64,000 nt of DNA from Trichosphaerium sp. ATCC 40318 (lineage: Eukaryota > Protista > Tubulinea), in assembly GCA_038496445.1 (NCBI GenBank), contig JALMLS010000329.1, positions 1 through 64,000 on the forward strand, read 5' to 3'. Positions within the stretch are counted from its first letter, which is position 1; each line of letters begins with the position of its first letter. Below, piece by piece: positions 37,989-51,116 of the stretch. The notes beneath the pieces are model-generated. The model was not told where the DNA came from. It saw only the letters and a program-made list of their open reading frames with translations, and did no database searches. A program made the translations under genes and the position numbers.

Positions 37989-40925
37989 ATGTCGCGTAGG
38001 AAGAGAGGCTTTGATGAGATCTCAAGCTCAGGAGGTCCAAAGCCGGATTACGGTCGCAAGAAACTAAAGTTGGTACCACAGACAGAAGCTGATCTAACGC
38101 AACGTGTACATAATGGACAGCGCCGATTTTATTGCGCGCAGTTCGTAAACACCAAGTTTAACACGAAGAGACTGAACCAGCTGGATTTCACACATAGTTC
38201 ATTCAACGGCTGTGATTTGTCTGGTGCGACTCTCAGATACACTATATTCAAAGACGCGACCGTTGTCGAATGCAATTTCCAAAATGCGGACCTGTCAAGC
38301 GCAAACCTTACTCACGCCACATTTCACCATACAAACTTCACTGGCTGCCTTTTCGCGTTATCTGAGGCTAAGAATGTAATAATGGCTTCGTCTAATTTGA
38401 CAGGTACGTGTATATGCTTGTATTTGTCACTGTGGAGTTAGAATTCTGTTTTATCAACCAACGACATTTTCACTGTACTAAACAGACATTTTAGCTGCTC
38501 AAATGAAAGAAATAAATCTAACTGCTGCAGATATATCCGCTGCTCGTACGTTTTTCCTTTCAACGGTCAAGTGTGTAAAAAATACTAACGCGCAACAAGG
38601 GCTCCCTCAAGCTAATCTAACCAAGTCGATATGCATACGGGCATCTTTTGATAACTCTGACCTATCCAGCGCAATATTTTCAAAGGCGAATCTTTCCAGG
38701 TACGTTTTAATGTCTGTAGCTCATTGCTGTGGTACACTGGCGCGTCGATTATTTCTTACAAACATGTTAGAGCGCGTTTGAAGACTGCCAACTGCGAGAA
38801 TGTCAATTTTTCTGAAACGATTCTTGATGGGACAGATTTCAATTCAGCAGTGCTTGATTACGCCGATTTTACTAAAGCAAACGGCTTTAAGGTACATCCA
38901 CACCTTTTTTATTTTTTGTTAACGGTATTTTCTAACCTTTCCTTTTTCAAAGACGGTTTTTGCTAGTGCTGTCTTTAACAAGTCTAAAGTACAAGGTAAG
39001 TTGTTAGCTTTTTTTTGGGATTTCCTTTCGTCCATCTCTATCCGAGAACGCAAAGAGAAAGTTTATTCATTTAATCGTTGTTCATTATTTTGATTCTCAC
39101 GTATTATGTATTCCTAGGCGCTATTTTGACACACGTTGATATGACACGGGCTAAAATAGTATCAGCTAATTTTGACACCTGTAACCTCGAGCATGCTACA
39201 TTTTATCAAGCTTCAATCACTGATTCTACATTTAAGAGCGCAAACTTGCATTATGCAAACTTTCAGGGCGCTACAGCACAAAATACATGTTTTGATGAGG
39301 CACATTTTAAAGGAGCAAATTTCACAGAAGCAAGGTTAAAAGATTGTACTTTACGTCTTGCCAATATTCGGGAGGCTACTTTCTTTAAGGCTCATATATC
39401 TCAGAATAAGTTTACAGAAGCTCTCGTGGATAAGTGCAATTTTGAAAGAACACAATCTCTGGCTTACAACGATTTTACAAAGTCAAAAATTTCTCACACA
39501 GATTTTCAGTCTTCCAACTTATCATTCTGTATCTTCACTGGTGCTATTGTACGACATTGTCGTTTTGCGAAATCTATACTCCATCAAGTTGTCTTTCGAT
39601 CTGGAACATTCGAGGAGGCTGACTTTAAAGATACAAAGCTACTCAACCACGAGTTTGCACATGCTAAATTTACGAGGTCGGATTTTACGAATGTTGACTT
39701 GAGGGGAAGTAGTTTTCAAGCAGCGTACCTCGAAAGAACAAACTTCTCTGGTGCTGATTGCACTGGTGTTAAATTTCAAAACTGCAAGCTACTCCAAGCG
39801 AACTTTGAGGGAGCACAATTAAGCAAAGCTAATTTAAATGGGGCTGATGCACAAGTACGTCTTCATAGTTTTGACTGTTTTTTTTTCTTGTGCTGTTTGA
39901 TTCTTATTTTTTTCCTTTCAGGCTGCTAATTTTAAAAATGCCAAGTTGGAGAGTGTGAGCATGAATAACTCGAAATTTTGCTTCGCCAAGTTCATCAATG
40001 CAAAATTCCCTGGGACAAGACTAGATACAGCTCTTTTAAAGGGAGCTGTATTCACTAATGCTGATTTTAATCGAGCAAAGTTGAATGGCACTGATTTTTC
40101 TGGAGCTGATTTATCTGGTGTTAACCTTTCTCATATGAACCTCTCTTCTGTTATGTTTGCTGGATCTTGTATGATAGGCACTAATTTCACAAAGGCCAAC
40201 TTGGTTCGTGTGTGCCTTCAAGATGCCGTCCTAAATGAGTCAAAATTTGTACGTCCCTTTTTTATTCTTTTCATTTACTATTTTTTTTTTGACCTTCTGT
40301 TCTTGTCTAGACCGACTGTAATCTGAGTGGTGCTAATCTAAATCGTGCTAAAGCTGAAAACGCAGATTTTACAAGGGTACGTTTACATTTGATTAAGCGA
40401 TTGGTGCCCTTATATGGGCCACCTTTGATTTTTTGAATTTTTTAAAGTGCTTATGATATTGTTTCCAGGCAATTTTGAGTGAAGCCCAAATCAACAAAGC
40501 TTGCTTCAAAAACTCTCTTTTCCTTAGTGCACAGCTACAAAAGGCTGAGATGTGCGGTACAGACTTATCTAAGGCTGTGTTCAAGTTAGCCAATCTCACA
40601 GATACAAACATGTACAAATGCATATTGGTTGGCGCTGATTTATCAAAATGTGACATGCAACGGTACGTACTTTGCTGCTGATTAACGAGTGTTTACTTTA
40701 GAATATGTGTTTGTTTCGTTCTTATTGTTTTATAGGGCAACGCTATCCGAGGCAGATGTTGATGATGCCACTTTTGCTATGGCTTTCATGCAAGGCATTT
40801 CTTTTTCGAATGTTGACATTTTTGCTGCAAAGGATGTCACTGGTGCTACTATATCTTCTCTAGATTTAAGTATGTGGTCTAGGTGGTCACTAAAAATGCG
40901 TGGTGCTATTATTGCTGTATCGTAG
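37989..40925 (+). CDS. Long pentapeptide-repeat protein
   Basis: Continuous (A/S/C)(D/N)(L/F)xx repeats across about 10 exons. The N-terminus MSRRKRG is basic. Confidence 0.92.
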
Positions 40926-41311
40926 GCTTCTAAAATTTGCGAGAGTTGTAATTATAAAAAAAAAATCCATTTTTCGATTAAAATTAAAATTAAACGTCGT
41001 GTACATTATCTTTACGTAATTTTCATTTACAACTACAATACCGACTTTGTTACGCTCAAATAAACGTAACCATTGACATTAGAGGATGTAACGCGCAACG
41101 TCACCATGTTCAGTATGCATTCTTTCCAAGGATGATCCGAAGCTTTTTAAACATAAAACATTAAGGTTGTTTCAAGCGTGACACTTTTGATGTTCATTGT
41201 GCAATTAAATGTAGAACGCTGTAAGTGAATTACGACGAAATTTTGGGTTGTGTTTTGGCCGAATTTCGTTGGCTGAAACTGATTTATAAATCAAAAGATA
41301 AAATAACAACG

Positions 41312-42322
41312 ATGGAAAGACTACAAGCTGATTTTCCGCAATCTAAAGATCGTGCTATTTTGTTTGTTGTAGTACACGTTAATAGTATGGATCAAACTCT
41401 GAGAAACGTTGAAATAGCAATAAAGGCGCAGGTAAGAGCGTTTGCTTCTATTTCTGTACTGATTTTTAAATAAGGTGGATGGAATATTGCTTATTAATCA
41501 TGGTATTACATGAAGGTTATCTTTGTATCGTTTAACCTTCCTTTTAGGCTTCCCTTTCCCAAAATTGTTGGAAATGGCTAAAACGATAACTGAAAAGTAC
41601 CCTGATACGTTTTTCGGCGTCAATTGCCTTGGTACGTAATGGAAGTAAGATGCTATTTTTATTCATTTACACAAGGCTCTTATCCCCACGATGTTATCCC
41701 AAAAATAGCAAAAATACCAGGCATACGTGCTGTGTGGGCGGACAATGCACGTGCGTACCAACTTGTGTTTTAGCATTGAAATACTGATGTTCATTAAGAA
41801 ATCAACGAAGAAGCGCCTGAGATGGCTCAAACATATCCAAAACGCGTAGTATCCAAAATTCAATCATCCAAATATAAAGGGTAAACTAGTTCCTTTGCTT
41901 TTTTTTTTTTTTCTGACATTGTTTTTTTTTTATTTAGGTTGTATATGGGTGGTGTTGCTTTTAAGTATCAGCGCGTTGTGAATAAAAATAACCTCAAAAA
42001 GGCAGCGTCATTGGCGACAAAGTTTATGGACGTTGTGACAACATCAGGACCTGGAACTGCCAAGGCAGCAGATATTGAAAAGATCTCACTTCTCAAGGAA
42101 GGCATGGGCACAGTACGTATTGATATTGAAGTACAGCGTACTCATAAACCTCTTTAGCATCCTCTAGCTATTGCTTCAGGTATTACGCCTGAAAACGTTG
42201 ATCAGTACCTTCCGTATGCCAATATCTTTATAGTCGCAAGCGGCATTTCTTATGATTTCCATAATTTGAATCCAATAAAAGTTAAAGCTCTCATGGATAA
42301 GCTCAAGGCTGGTGTACAATAA
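41312..42322 (+). CDS. BtpA/SgcQ-like TIM-barrel protein
   Basis: DGILLINH, GVNCLG, VWADNA, GGVAFKYQ, DVVTTSGPGT, ASGITPENV, VASGIS. Confidence 0.75.
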
Positions 42323-42643
42323 ACAACTGTATCTAATTTGATCAAAAATCATTCATAAAACGTGCATACACTTCATCGTTGGCTTGAAAAAAAAGTTTTA
42401 AAAAAACCCCGACGTGCTCAGACGTCATTGTTATATCAGGAATGTGTTCACTTTTATTCCTATTATCCGGACTTAATCTTATACTTTCAGTTGTGGTCCC
42501 AACTAGGTTGTCTGAAACTTTGTTCCATTTAAACGTGGTACGCGTAAGTAAAACCGGGATTATCTCGCATAGCGTAGAAAGGCTCAGTGCTGTGCTCTTA
42601 AACTGTGCAAGCTGATTCTTAGGGCTTTAGGATTATTATTACT

Positions 42644-44600
42644 ATGAAATCGCCATCAGATGCACCGAGTACTAGCGGGGGCGGGTTGCCATTACTATGC
42701 GATCGATTTGAAGGTTCGGACGTACGTATGCTGCTAAATAGTTTTATTTTCTGTTCTGTTTTAAACTATAACCAAAACAATTACTGCATATATGCAGAAC
42801 TACGAAAAAAGCTCTTGTTCCGCACAATGGAGCATTTTGAAGTTAAATTCATTAAAAACCAAGTTGTTAACAAAGTACTTTTCTCGTTTGTCCTAAAATC
42901 CACCTTGTGTATGCGTATACAAGCCGTTAACAATACTAAGTTTTTTTTTTACCTGTCAAACGTTTGAAAAACCAAAACTAATCGTTCTGCTGATAGGTTG
43001 ATACAGTTATCTCGAAATTGTACGTTTATAGCAAAAAACAAGAACACATAATTAACAAAGTACAAAAAAACAGGTTTCATCCAACGAGTGGTGTAAGCAT
43101 AAAAACGCGTAAATGGAGGTTACGTAGCTATAAAAATTGTTTTGTTGGTACGAAAAAGAAAGTCCGCAGAGACTAAAGCGGATATTACGAAAATAATACT
43201 ATCTTTTTTTGGCACGCGCGAACTTTCTCAAGACGTATGTTCGTATAGTCAATTATTAGCCCACAAAGTCCGCAAATAATTTTACAACGTGTAAAACCAC
43301 GTGTGAATTCAAAAAAAACACATGGTGTTCAGTATGTGAAATTTTGATTTTTGACGTTTTATCAAGGTAGTGAATTCGTTGATTGGCTTGAAACGACACT
43401 ATTGTGGATGCGTACTGTGAGTGTACGATTTGGAGAGTACCTCATACAGAGAGGCATTATTAGTCACGCTGCTAATGCCCAACCATTCAGAGATGGAAAT
43501 TTTTTTTATGTAGTTCCTGTACGTTTTGATAGTATTTTTAACAACTTGTTGTCATTTAACTTTGGTGCTTAGCTCCTTCCACGTCTTAATACAGCAAGAG
43601 ACAAAATGCGTTCGTTAGATGAAGTACTTCAGGTACATCAACCTGCAGCTGTGGTTGCTGTTATGAGCGATTTTGAAGCTGGAGTACCAATGCAATTGAG
43701 AACAATTAAAAAGAAAGAAGAAATGTGTTTTACAGGTAATGAAATTCAACTGCTCATTTTTGATCGTAGCTAAAATCGTTACAGGAAAAGATGCAATAGA
43801 TTGGCTAGTAACCAATCTACGCCTTCGAGGAAGGTTAGAAGCTATGTTCTGGGTTAAACACCTACAAGAAAAAGTACACTTCAATATTGTTGAATGTTGT
43901 TGTGTCTAATTCTGTATTTTTAGCGCATAATTGTACCTTTCAGCAAAGCTTTTCGTGACAAAGATACAAGCCTTTTGAGGTTCAACAAATCAAATCCTCT
44001 TTTTAAATCAATGACTCTCGATTTGGATACAGTAAAGGCTCTATTGGAGAATGGTGATGGTAACATTGTATTGGCAAAATCTCCTCGGTTTGTTGGAGAA
44101 GAAAGCTCTGAGGGTACTTCAAAACTAAGTGATCGTACATGGAATCAACTTACAGACACGTGTATAACATGTTCAATGTCTTCTTCTGAAGACCCAGATG
44201 TGTTCTCATCTGATAGCCAACGTACTGTTCTTTCACCTGAGAATAGATCAAAAGACCACTATGCATCATTTTCTGAACGAAATTCTGTAAACACATCACC
44301 TTCTACGTTCCCAAAGACCACGAAAAAGACTAAAAAACCTACAGTCACGACATCTAAATCTATGACGCACGTGGAGAACAAACTGGCGAGAAAGAATATT
44401 AATTCTTTGGAACGTGTAAGCAAAAGCTTACACAAAATCGAAAAAAGGTATGTAATTATTGTATAAACACAAGTCTTTTTTTTTCTTTAGTAATTTTACA
44501 CAGTAAAGAGATGAGTATAGAAGAAATGAAAAAACAAATAAAGAGTCTAAGACTGAAGCTGGATAGAAATATTAAAGAATTAAAATCAAAACCCACGTGA
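42644..44600 (+). CDS. Tandem DEP-domain protein
   Basis: RKWRLRSYKNCFVGSEFVDWL...FRDGNFFY and a second CFTGKDAIDWL. Ser-rich region and coiled-coil tail. Confidence 0.8.
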
Positions 44601-45226
44601 CAGATGTATTTTATGTAAAAAAAAAAGAAAAAAGAAATATTACAACACAAGTTTTGGTTTATGAAAGCAAGTCTACCTCTTCACGCAAAGAGCTGATTAC
44701 ATAAAAACCCGATCCAACAACCAATAACTGACAGGTAAACCGACGTAATCGAACTGAAACTTTGATAGAAACTTTTTCGGCAATGATCTTCGCGCACATT
44801 GGCAACAAAACATAGCAGCTTTTTCTACAACCAAAAGCTACACATTCTCCTACCAGTGTAGTTAATACATGCAGACTCCTTGTGTTGGTATTGTTACGAA
44901 ATTACAAGTACAAGCGATTGCCTTGTATAAAATGACAGCAAATCATGTTTGCATTCTTTTCAAAATTTAGTTCATGTACGTTCTATCATTACCTTTTAGA
45001 TTGCGCAAGCTGAGAAGAATATAGAAGAAAACGCCTGCTTGTAACATAGTAACATGATTTCCACAATCGATACTGGCTTATTGGTTTAAGGCAGCTGGCT
45101 TTGTGTTCAACACGGAATTGCACCGTTATGGCCCAAACGCATTACTAGATCGTTGACGTTAAATGTAGTGCTATTTAAACTACCTACCACTAAAATAGGT
45201 GTGAGAGTGTAAAAACATAATTAAAA

Positions 45227-48200
45227 ATGTACGTAAACGTACTCTTCTGCGTGTTACTGGCGATTACAGCGAGTTACGCTCAATATCCACGTTCAACTAC
45301 ACAATTCTTGCAAGGACCTAACGATATAAGTGCGTTTGAACTAAGTGAATCAAATTCACGCTAATTGATCCAAATCGTAAAACCTTATGTTTACAAATAG
45401 CTACTTCGGACTCAATAAGCCCCCTAATTATTAAAAACTCTTCTGGTGATATATTCATTATATCGTACATTCGATTGCTTGACAGACGAGACAATCACAC
45501 TGTATGCACTCAATTACGAGCGTGGCAGCCGGATGGCGTCTTTCCTTTGGTGCAAGAGTGGTGTGCAGATTTATTCATGTGCACGGACAGATTAACCACT
45601 AATTGCTCTGCCATATTATCTACACCGCTGTATCATTGCGGATTTTCATCTTCAGACTCTGTTTTTTGCATCAGAGAGCCTTTCAATGTTTTATTTGGAA
45701 CGATAGAAGCAGTCACTTTTCACATCTCAAATGGCACTGAGGTGGTTTCTGGACCAGTATTTCCGAATATCACAAGGTCCGTATCCCTTTGTTCATTGCG
45801 CCGCTTCAATTGTTTAATTTTTTTTGTAGAGGATTTATTGCTGAACTGGAACTGTTCGGGTTACAGTTTGCATCTGTTCTAAACACAGGCCCTGTAAAGG
45901 ACTTTATTATAGTGCAGTTATCTGCAGATAGTTTAGTATTGCACGTGGCGAGGATGATCGATGGTGTTGTGACAAAGAGAATACAGTTAAATAGTACTGT
46001 TGTCATAAAAGCACCGAAACTTGCTTTGCTATCTGGCCAACGTGTACTGGTTTCATGGGTTGAAGGCATACGTGTTATGACACGGATATTGCCACTTGAT
46101 CTTGAAGATCCTCTTGGAGCGATTAATACCCCGTTCAGTATTACAGACGGTGTTGATGACGAAAACAAGTTCTTAACACATTTATTCCCGTTTTCTCAAA
46201 ACAATGAAACTTCACTTGTATTTGGCACGTGCCTATAATTGAAAGCTTCTATCCTAACTTCCCATTTAGTAGTGACTACGCCTGTGTTAGAAGACCCTGA
46301 AAACGCAACAGCCACTCTAAACGAACCAAAAGGTGCCAGCCTTCACTTTTTGATTTTTTTTTGAGTCCGTTTATTGCTGACCTTGTCTACAGCGCAAATA
46401 TATTTTTTGGATCCTGATAGTCTTACCATACAATCACGCATTTCTTTAACAAACCTACCATCTACTTTAATTACAATATACGCTTTCGGACCTTTTTGGA
46501 TAAGCGCTAAAGGGGACCAGTTTTGTATTGGGTTTTCCTTTCAATTCGTTGGTTCAGTGCGTGGATTTGAACCAGCTACAGTGCTGTACAAGGATGGTAA
46601 TGTAAAATACCTATTCCCTAGTGGAGGGGAAAGCATTGACAACGTCAATAGTATCGCCTATGATGGAAGTAAGTCCAACTGAATTTTTTTAAATTTAAAT
46701 TCATGAAACATTTCAATAGCAAGCTTTTCTTTAACAATTGGTTGTAGCGCAAGGATCTGGTATATTTTTAAGTGATAATGATATGCTGATTGCACTTGTC
46801 AATGGTGCCACTACTTTTTATAGCATTATTGTTCAAGATTGGAGTTGTACGTACCCAACTCATCTTGTTGTTTTGCTAAATCTTATTCATAGTAATATCA
46901 ACTTCTGCGCCCTCAGATTTACCTGATGTTACACCTTCTGGATCTTCTGTCAGTTCTGAATGTAAGTCACGTTTAATTTAGATCACAGATCCCCAAAGTA
47001 AAAGTATATTCCTTTTTTTTTTTTCAGTATCTTACACGTGATGCTGACTTTTTTGTGTAAGTGATTGTCACTATTGTGGCTGTTCTCGTTGTGATAATAT
47101 TGATAATCGTTGTGGCAATAGTAATTATTTTCTTATATAGAAGTTGTTCAAGTGAGAAAGTAATAGGTACATTCAAAACCCAAACCTTTTTTCTAACTTA
47201 CTTTTTTCTTGAAGTTGGAAGGTATACTGGCGGATCTAGCTCTTTTATTGCTACATCTGAAACAGTTTTCCATGCGGATTCGAAATTCGAGAAACTGCAA
47301 GTACCAGAGGAAGAAGTAGTATTAGAAAAAGAGCTTGGAAGAGGTAACTATGGCGTGGTACATAAAGGGTAAGTCAAACTCAATACTTCTACTCTACAAT
47401 GGTCAAGCTTAATACTTTCAAAATGTTTATACCACTCCTTTCTTGTTTTATATTCTCTATTGCCTTCCTACGCTTTAGCACCAATATTACCAACCGCATG
47501 TACTGCCATCACGTGTTAACCTATTTTTTCGCAAACAGAAAATGGAGAGCAATAGATGTTGCTGTGAAAACTGGACTTCATATCAAAGCTGAAGCGTTGA
47601 ATGAGTTTATGGGAGAAGTTAGGCTTATGAATTTATTAAGACCACATCCCAATGTAGTACAAATGTATGGTGTTATTATGAAGGAAGACTCAATATCAAT
47701 CGTAATGGAATTTGTCGCTGGAGGGAGTCTTGACGCTATTGCGTTCAAAAAACCTCTTTTGCCTGTTGACACTTGCATTGAGATTATAAAAGGTATTGCA
47801 CGTGGTATGCTTCATGTACACATGGAAAATATTATTCACAGGTATGTCTAATACTCGTAGTAATTCAGTTCAAACAGAGTGCAAGGCAGGGACTTGCTAG
47901 TGTTTTAATGCATTAAAACAAACTTTGCACATCTTTGTTTAAAAAAAAGGTATTTTACTTCTTACTTTTTTGTTCTTTAGGGATTTGGCTTGTAGGAATA
48001 TTTTATTGTCAAGTATTGACAATCCTGTTCCTAAAATATCAGATTTTGGTCTTTCAAGAAATGTTTCCCAAAATAAACAAGGTAAAACGAAAGCTACAAC
48101 AGGTCCACTAAGGTATGACAACTTTCGCTTGTCCAAAGAAATCTAAGTTTTATTTTTCTTTCAGGTGGATGGCTCCAGAATCTCTTGGTGATAAAGTATA

Positions 48201-48653
48201 CTCTCCACAATCAGATGCTTGGTCGTTTTCTTGCGTTTGTTATGAACTATTGGTACGCTGTACTTTGATACAAGAACGTGAAAAAAACACAAAGAAAAGA
48301 AAAGCAAAGCACTTTTTTTTTATCTCACAAAAAATATCATCTGTGACTCTTTCTTTTCAGTCGTTGCGATATACACAGCATATGCTTTTGTGTCTTCTTT
48401 TCTTTAAGAGATATTTCATCATGTTTTTATTAACATATAACACGTGTAGTCCGGTACTGAGCCATATGCAACTACAACAAATATTTTGGATACTATTCTT
48501 TCTATTCGTGATAAAGGCATACACCCTGTAATGCCGAAAAGAACACCTACTTGGCTCATTGTACTAACTGATGCTTGTTGGATGTATAATCCATCAGAAA
48601 GACCATCATTTGAGGAGATTGTAAAGATAATATCAAAAAACACTGAAGAATAA
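45227..48653 (+). CDS. Single-pass receptor kinase, tyrosine-kinase-like
   Basis: Signal peptide and TM helix (47061-47140), then GRGNYGVV, VAVK, HRDLACRN, DFG and GPLRWMAPE. Confidence 0.92.
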
Positions 48654-48664
48654 AAAGTTTATTC

Positions 48665-50959
48665 TTACAAATTATCTCCCGTATTCAGTGCAAATTCTAT
48701 TTTAGCCATTTCTTGGTGTGACATGTACTTCCTATTAAACTTGTTAATTTACAGATGACATTAATCCAAATCCCTCGCAGTAGTTGAATGTTTAGTTAAA
48801 ATTTGTTGTACCTTATAAAAAACACAGCAACGATAATTAAGATTACCAAGAGAATCGCACTTATAACCACAACGGGTATCAACCATGCCAAGTAGTTCAA
48901 GCCATCATCACTATCTTCACATGATTCAGTTCGTGTTATAAGTAAACCTAATCCATAGCTAGACACTTTTTGCTCTCCATTAAAAGTAGTGCATCCATCC
49001 TGACAAAAAAAGTATGTTAAATAGAAAACAAATGGAATCTAATTTGTACTTGGCTGTTGCTTGTCACCACGAAAATATTTTCACTTGGTTCCTTTCAAAC
49101 AAGTTAGATTAAATATTAGAGAAATAGCAGCAATCAACAAAACAGAAACAAGCGCGAGTTGGAATGAAGCGTTCTTTAAAAATTCTTAGTGCCTGTTGAC
49201 GTACTTCAATACATTCCGATAGAATGATTGGAATCTCTTCGTCTATTGATGTTATACTACTAATATCCACTTCTATACTTCCCTGTATTTTGGCGCATCC
49301 AGTGACTTCTAGAGTCGTCCCAGCATCAATAGAAATAGTACCACTCGAAAATAAAGTCAAGTTGCCATCAACAACAAGATCATTTGTCGCTATTACAGGA
49401 GTTCTTATCCAAATACTTTCAGGAATCGTGATGCTCTCATTATCGCACTTAAATTTCTCACAATCTAAAAATAAAAAAGAACTTAGTCATCTGTCCTGCA
49501 CGTGAGAACTTTTTTTTCTTCTGTTTTTAAATTACCTAAAATAGGTGCAAAAGCGGGGTTGTAATCTATGGGATAAGAAACTATCATATTGCTTGGGTTT
49601 AACCTGATAACCTGTCAGTATATGTAAGAGTATAAGTATGTGTCTTACGTGAATGTCATTTGTAAAGTTATCCGCTTGGATCCCAAGCTAATACGAGGTA
49701 CAAAAAAGCAAAATCTTACTGTTAAACAAACCTATCAGCTACCTATAAATTTGCTCAAAGACAATTTACCTGACCCATTATTTGGAATAGCCCTAGGTGT
49801 GATGACAGGTATTCTATTGATAGATATACTCGATGTATCTACTGAAACCAGCGAAATGCCTGGCCCACTACAAACAGTACAAGCGTGGCTGTAAACATAG
49901 AGAGATCCATTATTTGGTTTTGAAAACCCTAAACAATTTTAGCAGAATCCACTGTGTAACGTTTGTACCGTCATCAAAGAAAAATCTGCACGTGGTTGGA
50001 ACGCTAGGAGTGGAAGTTGGAACGCTAGGAGTGGGAGTTGGAACGCTAGGAGTGGAAGTTGGATTTATAGGTAGAGCGGGGATGGGTTCAAATGTAACAA
50101 TGGATATAGGTGATAAGTTTGGAATAGGCTGAATATTACGAGGCAAATATGTTACATTCAAAGTTGGTCGATTGGTAAGTGGTCCATCACAGCTGCGTTT
50201 AGTGTTAATTCACCATAGTTTAGCATAGTAAGTACCTAACCACTGCCCAATCCTGAAGTGTTGCACCTTCTGAGCTACGTTTAAAACCGGAAGAACTAAT
50301 CAAAACCCAACCATAGTTTGAAGTATTGTTAGCCCAGCTCACTACATTCTCAGTAACATTCATCTCAGCTACAGTAGCACCTGATTGGGCCAGAATTTCG
50401 CTTCTTGGCTCGGTAGAGAAGGAGTTTGGTGTAGGATCAGAATCAGCTGTGGAAGGGCATAAGTTTGTAAAAGAAATAGGTTTTTTCTTGCCTACAAACG
50501 TGGCGTATGTGGTATTTTCTGACCACTCTTTAATGCCAGTGTACGCAAATAACGAATTTGTACCAATAGATTTAACAGATAGCGAGAGAGTAGCACTAAC
50601 AATAGAAGCATCGTCAGGGACAGTACCTCCTATTTTTGTTAACAACAAATGGTAAATAAATTTAATTTGTCCACACGTGGTACCTTCGTATTCGTATATT
50701 CTAAACTTAATAAGCGCTAAACGCCAATGAAATGGGTTTACGCTTTCATAAGCAGAAAGAAAATCATCATGTCCAAATACCTCAACAGATGAATCAGAAT
50801 CAATCCACGTATCTGTACAATACGTTGAATCAATTACAACTACACGTGATTAATAATTACGTTTCTTGGGTTTACTAGAAAGTTGGTTTTTGTACCGTCT
50901 ACCGAAATAACGGTCGCTAAAGAAGCGAGAAACACAAGTATGGCTACAAATTGTGACAT
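48665..50959 (-). CDS. Type I membrane protein with DNRLRE-like N-terminal domain and PTSTPSV repeats
   Basis: Signal peptide, DTWIDSD...ALIKF...IVSATLSL...W.E...NYGWVL, and a C-terminal TM (WLGMVDTRCGYKCDSL region read in the hydrophobic frame, ~48830-48890). Confidence 0.65.
49995..50063. repeat. 21-bp tandem repeat x3 (coding, Pro/Thr/Ser linker)
   Basis: gttggaacgctaggagtggRa repeated three times. Confidence 0.9.
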
Positions 50960-51116
50960 TGATAGAAAATAACAAGTGCAGCTAAAACCGTGAAATTATT
51001 TGACTTTAAGACTCTAAGACAAGCCATGGTCAGAAAGTTTTGAGTGGCCTTACTGTAAAACTTAGTTAGCATTAACCGCCTAATGAACACAACGTGTAGG
51101 AGACGATTATATTTTA

